Below, piece after piece: positions 49,589 through 60,600 of a DNA stretch of 64,000 nucleotides; position 1 is the first letter of the stretch, and each line of letters opens with the position of its first letter. The notes under the pieces are model-generated. The model was not told where the DNA came from and did no database searches. It saw nothing but the letters and a program-made list of their open reading frames with translations. Source of the DNA: Nemertoderma westbladi (Eukaryota > Animalia > Xenacoelomorpha); NCBI GenBank assembly GCA_032718475.1, contig JAUCBJ010003704.1, positions 18,261 through 82,260 on the forward strand. Direction: 5' to 3'. Position numbers and translations under genes: made by a program.

Positions 49589-51650
49589 GATGATGGGGTG
49601 ATGATATCTCCACCTACTGGCTCCAGAAGTCGAGGAAATCCTGCCAAGTACCTAACTGATCTAGACTTTGCTGATGACTTAGGAGTACTCTCAGAATCAC
49701 TAGAGGGAGCCCAACGGCTCCTCAGCTCATTAGAACATGCTGCTTCTAGTGTTGGTCTTTTTATTAACTCCAGAAAGACCAAAATTTTGACAGTTAACTT
49801 TGAAAGTCCTCAGCAAGTCTCTGATCGGATGAGCATAAGCTCAAAAGATGGTATGCTTGAGCATGTGGATGACTTCTGTTACCTGGGATCATGGATCCGG
49901 AAGTCCGGTGAGGACCTTCGAATACGTAAGGCAAAGGCATGGGCAGCCTTGAATAGGCTTTCCAGGATTTGGAAGTCAACGAGAATTAATCGGAAACTTA
50001 AGGTCCGATTATTTAGAGCAGCAGTAGTTCCAGTACTCCTCTATGGGAGTCCATGCTGGTCTCTAACTGCTGAGGACACCAAATCTCTGGATGGTACATT
50101 CACAGGAATGCTACGCCGGGTTTACTGTGTCAAGTACAATGAACACATCTCCAATCAGACTCTATACAACATTGGTTCTTTTCGGGGAATCTCATTGATC
50201 TCGATTGTTGCAAAACTATACAATAGAATTCTATTAAATCGCATCAGGGGTCTCATTTAGAGACTGCTCCGTGGCAATCAGAATGGGTTCCGTAAAGGTC
50301 GTGGGACCATGGAGCCCATTTTGGCACTTGGAAGGATAATTGAAGAGTTATCAAAAAAGAAAGACAGGCATCTGGCTGTTATTTTTGTTGACTTCTTCAA
50401 GGCCTTTGATTCAGTCTCTCGCTCACGTATGTTCAGCATACTTTCATTATATGGGATTCCTGATGAAATTATTGCAGCAATCAGATCAGTATACGATGGT
50501 TCAACAACATTTGTGTCTACTGTTGACGGTGACACAGAACCATTTGAAGTGTTATGGGGCGTCCTCCAGGGAGACACACTTGCACCATTCTTGTTCATAA
50601 TTGTGGTTGACTATGTTCTACGCATGTCCTTAGATCATCATAATGATGATGGGGTGATGATAACTCCACCTACTGGCTCCAGAAGTCGAGGAATTCCTGC
50701 CAAGTACCTAACTGATCTAGACTTTGCTGATGACTTAGGATTACTCTCAGAATCACTAGAGGGAGCCCAACGGCTCCTCAGCTCATTAGAACATGCTGCT
50801 TCTAGTGTTGGTCTTTTTATTAACTCCAGAAAGACCAAAATTTTGACAGTTAACTTTGAAAGTTCTCAGCAAGTCTCTGATGGGATGAGCATAAGCACAA
50901 AGGATGGTATGCTTGAGCATGTGGATGACTTCTGTTACCTGGGATCATGGATCCGGAAGTCAGGTGAGGACCTTCGAATACGTAAGGGAAAGGCATGGGC
51001 AGCCTTGCATAAGCTTTCCAGGATTTGGAAGTCACTGAGAATTAATCGGAAACTTAAGGTCCGATTATTTAGAGCAGTAATAGTTCCTGTACTCCTCTAT
51101 GGGAGTCCATGCTGGGCTCTAACTGCTGAGGACGCCAAATCTCTGGATGGCACATTCACAAGAATGCTACGCCGGGTTCATTGTGTCAAGTACAATGCAC
51201 ACATCTCCAACCAGACACTATATAACATTGGAGGTGTCTCATTGGTTCCCCCAAGCTTGACACTAGAACAAAATCGCCTCCGCTTTGCAGGTCATTGCTT
51301 TCGCCGTGAGGACCAGCCAGTGCATAACCTTGTACTTTGGCAGCCTCATGGAGTGAATAAGCATGGTGGACAGCCCATGACTTTCTTGAGACGCATCTTA
51401 AAGGACACTGGCCTTGAAAATGCGGATGATCTAGCAAATGTCATAGGTGATAGGGAGTTGTGGCGGCGGAATTTTGTCGACAAGCCGGCACTGCATTCTT
51501 AAAAATGCAGCTGCAATGCAGCATGCCGATCCTAGTAGTAGTAGTACTGTAGTAGTAGTAGGTGTTTCATTAATCTCCCCTAGCTTGACACTTGAAAGGA
51601 ACCGTCTCCGCTTTGCAGGAAATTACTTTCGCCATGGGGACCAGCCGAAA
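49589..51650 (+). mobile_element. RTE-clade LINE fragment (outer copy, split into 49589-50175 and 51560-51650)
   Basis: LDFADD...DFCYLGS...LLYGS...LYNIG continues as GVSLISPSLTLERNRLRFAG after the inner insert. Confidence 0.8.
50176..51559 (+). mobile_element. 5'-truncated RTE-clade LINE (inner copy) with (TAG)n tail; RT ORF to 51502
   Basis: FRGISLISIVAKLYNRI, QNGFRKGR, FVDFFKAFDS, GVLQGDTLAPFLF, LDFADD, RLRFAGHCFR, a short 3' UTR and a TAGTAGTAG tail. Confidence 0.88.
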
Positions 51651-51833
51651 GACATCTTTCTCTACATTTGATATGTATAATGCAGACGCAATCCAACATG
51701 CCGATAGTAGCATTAGTATTTATAGATGTTTGTTGATAACAATAGAAAGGTAGAAGAAATATTGGGTGTAAAAGTTTCATCAATTAGTATCTGCTTGTAG
51801 TAATTATTCTATATGTGTACCGACGTTTGCTGA

Positions 51834-52011
51834 GGAAGCAGGACAATTCGGTCCCGGACAATTCGGTCCGGACAATTCGATCCCGGACAATTCGGTCCCG
51901 GACAATTCGGTCCCATTAATTTTATGTTTTGGGACTGAATTGTCCGGGACCGAATCGTCCGGGCCGAATTGTCCGGGACCGAATTGTCCGGGACCGAATT
52001 GTCCTACATCC
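51834..52011. mobile_element. 178-bp MITE with GGACAATTCGGTCCC subterminal repeats (Mutator/Merlin-like)
   Basis: TIR GGAAGCAGGACAATTCGGTCC / GGACCGAATTGTCCTACATCC and perfect 9-bp TSD GTTTGCTGA. Confidence 0.85.
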
Positions 52012-52522
52012 GTTTGCTGAGGCGCATATCCATATACAATATGTTAGACCACACAGCTAAAATCTTCCATATGTAGGTTTTTCGTCTCTGATTTCATTTC
52101 CCATATCAGTTTTCATGTTTGGTAGCATTTGTACAGTTTATAAGTCAGTCCGTTTGTCAGTCGATCTGTCTGTCTTTATACAATATGAAACCCTACAAAG
52201 CTAAAATCCTGGGAATGTCTATTTTCTTGGACTCTGACTTCATTTGCGGTATAGGCCTAATTCTGAAATATCAATGTTTTCACAAGTATTTTTATAATTT
52301 CAAGGAAATGCTAGCTAGTAAAAAAAAACACTAGCTACACCTTAATAAATAATATATAATAATTTTCTCGAACACTACCAATAACAAAAATAAAAAAAAA
52401 TACAGTATTTTTAAAATTTCAAAAAATTCTAGCAAGTAAATAACACTAGCTACCATAACAAATATCTCTAGTAATGTTCTAGAACATTCACCAATATCAA
52501 AAGCACTAAAAAGTTGCTATCA

Positions 52523-52851
52523 GGAACCGGACAATTCGGTCCCGGACAATTCGGTCCTGGACAATTCGGTCCCGGACAATTCGGTCCCGGACAATTCGGT
52601 CCTGGACAATTCGGTCCCGGACAATTCGGTCCCAGACAATTCGGTCCCGGACAATTCGGTCCCGGACAATTCGGTCCCGGACAATTCGGTCCTAGGACAA
52701 TTCGGTCCTAGGACAATTCGGTCCCGGACAATTCGGTCCCGGACAATTCGGTCCCATTTATTTAATGTTTTGGGACCGAATTGTCCGGGACCGAATCGTC
52801 CGGGCCGAATTGTCCGGGACCGAATTGTCCGGGACCGAATTGTCCTACATC
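52523..52851. repeat. Expanded 15/16-bp GGACAATTCGGTCCC/TA array and duplicated MITE right arm
   Basis: About 15 tandem units; 52730-53090 duplicates 51890-52250. Confidence 0.85.
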
Positions 52852-53480
52852 CGTTTGCTGAGGCGCATATCCATATACAATATATTAGACCACACAGCTA
52901 AAATCTTCCATATGTAGGTTTTTCGTCTCTGATTTCATTTCCCATATCAGTTTTCATGTTTGGTAGCATTTGTACAGTTTATAAGTCAGTCCGTTTGTCA
53001 GTCGATCTGTCTGTCTTAATACAATATGAAACCCTACAAAGCTAAAATCCTGGGAATGTCTGTTTTCTTGGACTCTGACTTCATTTGCGGTATCAGTTTT
53101 CAAGTTTGGCAGCATTTGTACAGGTTGTATGTCTGTCCGTTTATATGTCAATATGTGCGTCAAAATTATTATAACACCCCACAAAGCAAAAATATTCGGT
53201 ATGTGCTTTTTATTGGCCCATGTGAAGGATACCAGACATTCTGCCGTTATATTTCACTTTGCAGTTACCCCCATGGGAAGAATACCAGGTTTTCACCAAA
53301 AACACAGGCTACAGAATGGCTGAATCTAACCAAAACAATAAACGAATTAGTATATGTACAGGTTATAAGACAGAAATAAGCGCTATAAAACACTTAATAA
53401 AGATAAATTAAAAAAAAAAAAAAAATCTTCATATAGAAAATTCCAATAAAAAGTCGACAGAAGAGTGAAATCCTAGTATT

Positions 53481-54019
53481 TGTTAACTTATTCAATCCCG
53501 CCAACACCCCATAAAGTTATTAGCCGATAAGCAATATTGGGAGCCACGAGATTGGGCAATTAACCAACTCGTGCCATCCCAATAAGAGTGGGAAGGAAGC
53601 ACACAATAGAGGGTCAGGGGCCAAACCCCTAACCCAGGAGAACAGGTGGAGTGAACGGGAATACTCCACGGGGCGCCAACAAGGGTATTAACCAATCAGA
53701 GGGGGGAATGGCATCGATTGAGTAGCAGTAAGGCCACCGTGCAATATAACCAATAACCTATTAATCAGTGATTCAGTTATCTCAGTGCAGCAGTGCTAGC
53801 GTAGGGTACAGCCAATTAGTTTAGTTAGGGGATCACGGGACTTTAGTTACCGTATCCCGCCTACCGTATACATTCCACAATATATCTATATCCTATAACC
53901 TCTTATTATACACCGAACTTCAGAACTCAGTTATCTTTATTTCACTCTTATACACGGCGGGGACGCGTGGACTAAATACCACATCGGATAAATCGGGATC
54001 CCTCCTGGATCCCGTCACA
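53481..54019 (+). repeat. 5' LTR of family-3 copy B (539 bp)
   Basis: TGTTAACTTATTC...GGATCCCGTCACA, with CCAATCAGA, AATATAA (53743-53749) and TCAGT (~53775). Confidence 0.88.
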
Positions 54020-54098
54020 GTAACTAAATCCGAGCTGTCGCCCTAGTTAAACTCTAAGAACTGCAACCTAGCTAGCCGAATCATCAGCCACAAACGAG

Positions 54099-57000
54099 AT
54101 GAGTGAGTCGGGCGAGACACCACCGCGGACCCCGGACGAAGACCTAACGATCCGCGAGGCCGCGACCAAACGATACAGGCCCACGACGCCGGAGCCATCG
54201 ATAACGGGCGAACCGGAAGCACAGGACGAGGAGGGCCTGGAACCCGAAGTCGAGCCAAGAGAGAGAGAGAGCGAGACGGAGGGAGAGGGAGATGAGTCGA
54301 CACGGGACGGAGAACGGCGCGCCGATGTCGCCGGCCAGCTACCGGCCGAGGGCGACGAGCGGCCCACCGAAACGGCGACGGTGGGGCCGACGGTGCGACG
54401 CCGGACACGAAGAGACGGAGGAGAGATCGGTACCGATGTCGCCGGCCAGCTACAGGCCGAGGGCGACGGACGGCCCACCGGAACGGCGACGGTGGAGCCG
54501 CCGGTACGACGTCGGACCCGGAGGGACGGAGGAGAGGTCGGCGACGAGGACGTCGGGGTTTCTGAGCGACTTCGACGGGCCTACAACGCGACCCGGAAGC
54601 TGATAAACGACGCCAAGAAGGAAGGGGCGAAGGTAGACGAGGTGAGACTGAGAAAGCGACTAGGTGAGTCGGATAGACACTTAAATTACCTAATACGTTT
54701 TGGGCAGAGAGAACTGGCCGGGGAGAGAGCAGAAAGGATAGCCGGCGAACTGTTTGAACTATGGGAGTGTGGGAGTATGGAACCTAGCGTAGCGCCAGTG
54801 TACATAGGGCCATACTTGGTCGATGCCCGGGGAGTGAAACCAGTGGGTTGGAAGGGACCTCGAAGAGGGCGAATCCGAGGTTAACACCGAGGATTCGGCC
54901 TCGTCGGTCGGAGAAAGCTCCGGGAAGTGGGAGAAAGTTAGTAGGTCGGGAAGGCGGGGGAAGTCCGTCGTAACCGATAAGTCTGCTACATCCTCCGCGA
55001 AAGAAAGAGCGGTGAGAAAAATAGGAGCCGCATACCGTCTCAGCATGGCAGAGCAAGGTCAGAGAGAAATGAAGGAACGGCTAGAGGAGGGAAGAGTGCG
55101 GTTAGAGAGGGAAACGGTATTGCTTAGAGAAACCGGAGAAAGGGCCGAAAGGGCTTTGAAAAGCCTAAGGGAGTATGATGAGATAGAGGAAAGGGAGTGT
55201 AGGGAGCGTGAAGCGAGAGAGGAAAGGGAACGCAAGGAGCGTGAGGCGGAACGCAAGGAGCGTGAGGCGAGAATGGAAAAGGAACGCAAGGAGCGTGAGG
55301 CGAGAGAGGAAGGGGAACGCAAGGAGCGTGAGGCAAGGGAGGAAAGGGAACGCAAGGAGCGTGAGGCGGAACGCAAGGAATATGAGACGAGAAAGGAAAA
55401 GGAACGCAAAGAGCGTGGGGCGAGACGAAGGGAGAGCATTAAGAGTGCCGCAGACTCGGCCATCAAGGACACCCAGGAGCGTGAGGGGATAGTGGCAGAG
55501 AGTGAAAAGGAGCGCAAGGAATTAGAGAAACGGCAGAGTGAGTTTGCGGGAAATATAATTAGAGGGGAGCACGAGTTGGAATACGTGCGAGTGGGACCGC
55601 CGTCTGAAACTGGGGCCGGCTCGAGTATTTTTGAGGAGCCGAGGGCCGTAGATATATTTATTAATACTCCACTGACAGGGACCGCACGACAGACCCAAAA
55701 CTGGTGCGACCGTACGGGCGGGGGGGGGGGGGTAATAATAATGGTACAGTAGACGTTGTTGATATTAATAGTACCGTATGGGATAACGCTAATCAAACCT
55801 TTATTACAGGAAATACTTTGCCTGGTGGTAGTAATTTAAATTTAAATCAGAACAATCCCAGTGTTAATGTAGAAAATAATCCTAATATTGATGTAGTTAC
55901 GCAAAATAATTCAAATAATCAAAATAATAACTCGAATTCGGACCTACAAAATAACTTAAATAACGCAATTACACAGAATAATTCGAATAATTCAAATAAT
56001 GATCTTAGCCCGAATTTACAAAATAATTCAGATAACGTAGTCGCGCAGAATAATACAAATGATTTTGTTTCAAATGAGCAAATTAGTTCCGTTTCCAATA
56101 TGGGTGCTATTAATGTAAACACGTCGGGCCACGTAGTTAGTAGACAGGGAGCAGAGGGCCTGGTAGGCCACGTAGTTAGTAGACAGGGAGCAGAGGGCCT
56201 GGTAGGCCACGTAGTTAGTAGACAGGGAGCAGAGGGCCTGGTAGGCCACGTAGTTAGTAGACAGGGAGCTGAGGGCCTGGTAGGCCACGTAGTTGGTAGG
56301 CAGGGAGTAGAGGGCCTGGTAGGCCACGCAATAGCAGAGGGAGAGGCGGGGGTGAATGGACCCGACTGTGGTAGGGTCGATGTGTCGACTAGAGAGGTAT
56401 ATAGTAGCGGGGCGAGAGGTAGCGAAGTTAGATGTAGCGAGTGGGGGGGGGGCTACGAGCACCCCACAACAGAAAGTTAGCGGCGAGAGGGGGGGGGCAG
56501 AGAGTGTCCCACAGCCGTCAGCGGACAATGCGAGGGCCGAACAAGGTAAACCGCAACAACCGGCGACGGAAAGTAATAGGGGGATTGCGAGTATCCCCAG
56601 CGACGTGCGATCGAGCAGAGAAAGACAGGTTGACGTCGCGGGAGGGCAGACGGAGCGTCGAGCCCGATCAGAGGAGGAAAGAAGAACAGTGGGGTTTAAC
56701 CGGGAGGTCGACGAGAGATCTCGTGAGCGGGAATATTCCACTGATAGGAGAAGAGAGGAAGAGAGTAGTAGAAGTATCGCCGCAAAAGATAGAAGAGCGA
56801 GGACGGACAGCGAGCCGTCGGTAGTCGAGATGAGAACGGAGAGTCAGTGGGGTCGGACTCCGGGAGATTGCCGTCGCCCCGGAGGGATGCGATCCGGTGA
56901 GACGCATTACACGCCGAGAGAGGGGTACGCGATGTACCGGTACGAAGATGAAAACAGTGGAGAGGGGGGTCGAAGAGAAACTTTCCGACGGAATATACCT

Positions 57001-57375
57001 ACCGATCGAGAATACGGTAGCCGCGGGGAGGATTATTCGAGAAGAATAAACTTCGATCCCGAGCAACACATGCAGACTGTAGGGCATACTGTAGGTCTTA
57101 CTGCACATACCGTAGGTCATACTGAGAGAGGCAATGTAGGCGATAGGATAGCGCGGACAACGGGATTAAACCCGGAAGTCGCGGAATACATACCGGCGGG
57201 TAGGCCAGAAGCTGATAGGCCTATACCGGTACCAGCACAGCAGTATGACTACAGCATGCAGGGACATAACATATACCCAGGGGAGGGGGGAATTATTGCG
57301 GATAGGTGCATGGGCCCCAACGTATTAACATCAACCCCAGTACCAGACATACCGGTGGGGGGGGGGACAGGGTGA
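54099..57375 (+). pseudogene. Family-3 copy B Gag N-terminal extension, frameshifted (four overlapping ORFs)
   Basis: ORFs 54099, 55012 (ERKERE repeats), 55704 (Asn-rich, GLVGHVVSRQGAE x5) and 56356 are colinear with copy A; most breaks fall in G homopolymers. Confidence 0.75.
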
Positions 57376-57409
57376 CATTCCCCCATCACAATATCAACAA
57401 TATACCCCG

Positions 57410-58880
57410 ATGGTAGCAAGAACAACGAGACCCTTGGACGAAAACAGGTCGTGTGATACAGACATATGGAGGGGGCCGCTACCCCCGATGACATATCCGA
57501 GTCAGAGAAGATCAAGAAATAGGACGGACGAACCGCACCAGACAGGGGAAACTATACGGCACCCGTCGAATCCATTAGAAGCGCAGGCAATGGGGATGGC
57601 CACGTTGATCGATGCGTTGAAAACGAGGATCGAATTACCACCCGTGGAACCGTTCAAATTCGATGGGAGCAGGCCGGAAGAATACTTACAGTTTCGGCGA
57701 ATGTATAGTAGCGAAATACTAACAAAAAACTTGACGCAGGCGGAGTGCCTAAAATATCTACAAGTGTACACGGGAGGCCCAGCATACGATATCGTGAGGC
57801 AATACCAAGGAATAGAGGGCGGCTTCACGACAGCATGGCGGGCACTGGATAGGGAATACGGGCACCCGGCCAAGATCATCAGGCAGACGCTGAGAGGCAT
57901 AACATCGGGTGGCCTACAGGATAACCCCGTTAGCATTAAGACGTTTGCTAACAAAGTCGAGAAGGCGCTGATCGTGCTGAAGACGCTAGACGCGCCATAC
58001 GAGCTCAACGCGTCCAATAACATCACCACGATAGCGCAGGCACTACCGAGTTGGCTGCGCAACAAATGGAGGAAGATCGCTTTCTCCACCCGAGACAAGA
58101 AGGGTGCGGAACCAGGTTTAGAAGAAATGTCAAACTTCTTAAATTACGAGGCCGAACTAATAACGGACCCAGTTTATAGTGAAGATAGCCTGGGAAAGGG
58201 ACCAAAGACAGATCACTACAGGCCCAAACCAGAGCACAATACATCGAACGCGTTACCGAGACTCAGGCAATCATTGCCATACGCAGCGACGCAGGGGACT
58301 GCAAGTCCACAGACAAGCGAAGATAAGACAACATCAAGGGACGGACAGGGGAACAATAACAACATGAATAAACATAACCCCAGTACGTCCAGTAGGCCAA
58401 ATCCAGTCAATAAGAATAGTAGGGACTTTGGTACAAATATAACTGCGATACGCAACGCATTGTATAAAGAGGGCTACGACCCAAAGAGCAAATGCCAGTT
58501 ACACGCAAATGCGCTTCATAAAACCATGAACTGCAGGTACTGGCAGGCGCTACCGAGGCAAGACCAGATAGATTACACGTCGAGCAATAAAATCTGCTCG
58601 CGATGTGTAAAGAGTGGACACAAGGCCAGGGAATGCCAAGAGAAGCCGGTCAAGTTTGGCCAAAGGAGAGGCCAGACGATGGCAACGAGCACGGTAGGGG
58701 CGAAGAAGAGAGGAACAGTGCTACTTGGAGTAGTACCAGTACGAGTGATCGGGGAAGGCAATCGATCAGTAACAACACTAATGCTGGTTGATAGTGGAGC
58801 TGCCTTCACATTAGTTGAGGAATGGGTAGCCGAAGAAATAGGGTTGAGAACGAGGCCAAGCAGGATGGCGGTGATGGGAC
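57410..58880 (+). CDS. Family-3 copy B Gag capsid (DUF1759-like), zinc knuckles and aspartic protease start
   Basis: ELPPVEPFKFDGSRPEEYLQF...LKYLQVYTGGPA...LDREYGHP, CQLHANALH..C, CSRCVKSGH..C, MLVDSGA. Confidence 0.88.
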
Positions 58881-59384
58881 ATTGTCCTAGGACCGAATTG
58901 TCCGAGAACCGAATTGTCCTAGGACCGAAATGTCCGGGACCGAATTGAACTAGGACCGAATTGTCCTAGAACGGAAATGTCGAGGACCGAATTGTCCTAG
59001 AACCGAATTGTCCTAGGACCGAATTGTCCTAGGACCGAATTGTCCAAGGACCGAATTGTCCTAGGACCGAATTGTCCTAGAACGGAATTGTCCTAGGACC
59101 GAATTGTCCTAGAACCGAATAGTCCTAGGACCGAATTGTGCGGGACCGAATTGTCCTAGGACCGAATTGTCCTAGGACCGAATTATCCTAGGACCGAATT
59201 GTCCTAGGACCGAATTGTCCAAGGACCGAATTGTCCTAGGACCGAATTGTCCTAGGACCGAATTGTCCTAGGACCGAATTGTCCTAGTTCCGAATTGTCC
59301 TAGGACAGAATTGTCCTAGGTCCGAATTGTCGTAGGACCGAATTTTCCGGGACCGAATTGACCGGGAACGAATTGTCCGTTTCC
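58881..59384. repeat. 16-bp tandem array GGACCGAATTGTCCTA (~30 copies) ending in TIR-like GTCCGTTTCC
   Basis: Same unit as the 51834 MITE, in opposite orientation to the 52523 array. Confidence 0.9.
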
Positions 59385-59679
59385 TCATTGAAATATAATT
59401 CGGACCAAAAACAAAATACTATAAAAATTGAAATACAAATGCTTAGCTACTTATTTAGCAAATATTAATATGTAAAAATTCAAGAATAAATATCTATTAA
59501 ATTAATAGCTTAATTTAATTTAATTTGATCACGGACAATTCGATCCCGGAAAATTCGGTTCCATTAATATGTATGTTATGGGTCCGAATTGTCTTAGTCA
59601 GTATCCGGACAATTCGGTCCCACAACATTAAATTAATAGGACCGAATTGTCCGGGACTGAATTGTCCTGCTTCCTTTTT

Positions 59680-60090
59680 CTTGGTGTCTGCTTATTTTCG
59701 ATATCAGTTTTCATGTTTGGTTGCATCAAAACTGTCTGTCTGTCTGTCGCTTATGTCTGTCATTCTATCTGTGAAAATATGTTTTATCACATCACAAATC
59801 TAAAATATTCGGTATGTGTGTTTTGTTGGTTTCCGATATCAATTTTTATGTTTGGTGGCATCTAAACAGTTTGTTTGTAAGTCCGTTTATTTGTCAATAT
59901 GTCTGTCAAAAGATAACAAATCACACACAACGCTAAACTCTTTTGAATGTGTGATTTCTTGGACTATCTCTTCATTTCTGGTATCAATTTTCATGTTTGG
60001 TGGCATCTAAACTGTTTGTCTGTCTGTCTGTTTGTCTGTCAATCCGTCTGTTAAATTATATTATATCACACCACATAGTTAAAATCTTAT
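59680..60090. repeat. Degenerate ~130-bp repeat with (TGTC)n, same family as 52080-53200
   Basis: Recurrent ATATCAGTTTTCATGTTTGGTGGCAT...CTGTCTGTC. Confidence 0.65.
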
Positions 60091-60099
60091 GAGGTTTAC

Positions 60100-60600
60100 C
60101 TGGTCTCTGATTTACCACTGACAATACCACTTGTTTCAAACACCCTACGTGAGGGCAGATTAAGACTCAGTGGGCACTGGAGGAAAATCAAACATGAGGT
60201 CATACCAGATCTACTTTTGTGGCAACCAACACAAGGAAAGCGTAGCCGTGGATGACTGGCTGCAACATATACTGTATAGACCAACTTGAAAGGGATACTG
60301 GACTTGATACAAACTAAATTACGACAACTATGGAGAATCAGGAAGCCTGGAAGGATCTAATTGCCACAGTCCGAGCTATCGTGTGACCTAGTAGTAGTAG
60401 TATTTAAGTACAAGAACGCTGCAAACCTGAAAGACTCCATATAAGACTTCGAATGGATCTATGTCACCATCAGTAGTACAGTAGAAACAAATGTTGTGGA
60501 ACCATCGTACACGTGATGTGATAGCTGCAATAATTTCCTCAGGAATCACATGTGCTGCAAGTAAGTTGAACATAAGTGGTCTTAATCGGATACCTTACCT
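60100..60600. pseudogene. Two short RTE-LINE remnants (plus-strand 3' end with TAG tail; minus-strand RT piece)
   Basis: GHW...LLLWQPTQG-like text then TAGTAGTAG at ~60390; the minus strand gives IPEEIIAAI...DGDIDPFEVLYGV. Confidence 0.6.

Larger units (their letters stand above)
53481..58880 (+). mobile_element. BEL/Pao LTR retrotransposon family 3, copy B (5' LTR + Gag + protease start, 3'-truncated)
   Basis: LTR 53481-54019 is homologous to the copy-A LTR. Gag is in frameshifted pieces 54099-58880 and is cut off by the GGACCGAATTGTCCTA array. Confidence 0.9.

Noticed and set aside
52514-52711. ORF encoding GQFGP repeats
   Set aside because: It is just the translation of the 15-bp MITE repeat.
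56443-56452. Programmed frameshifting at G runs in family-3 Gag (also ~29800, ~55725, ~57360)
   Set aside because: Breaks sit in long G homopolymers, and several equivalent runs are in frame in the other copy or repeat unit; slippage or sequencing error is more likely. Needs a read-level check.
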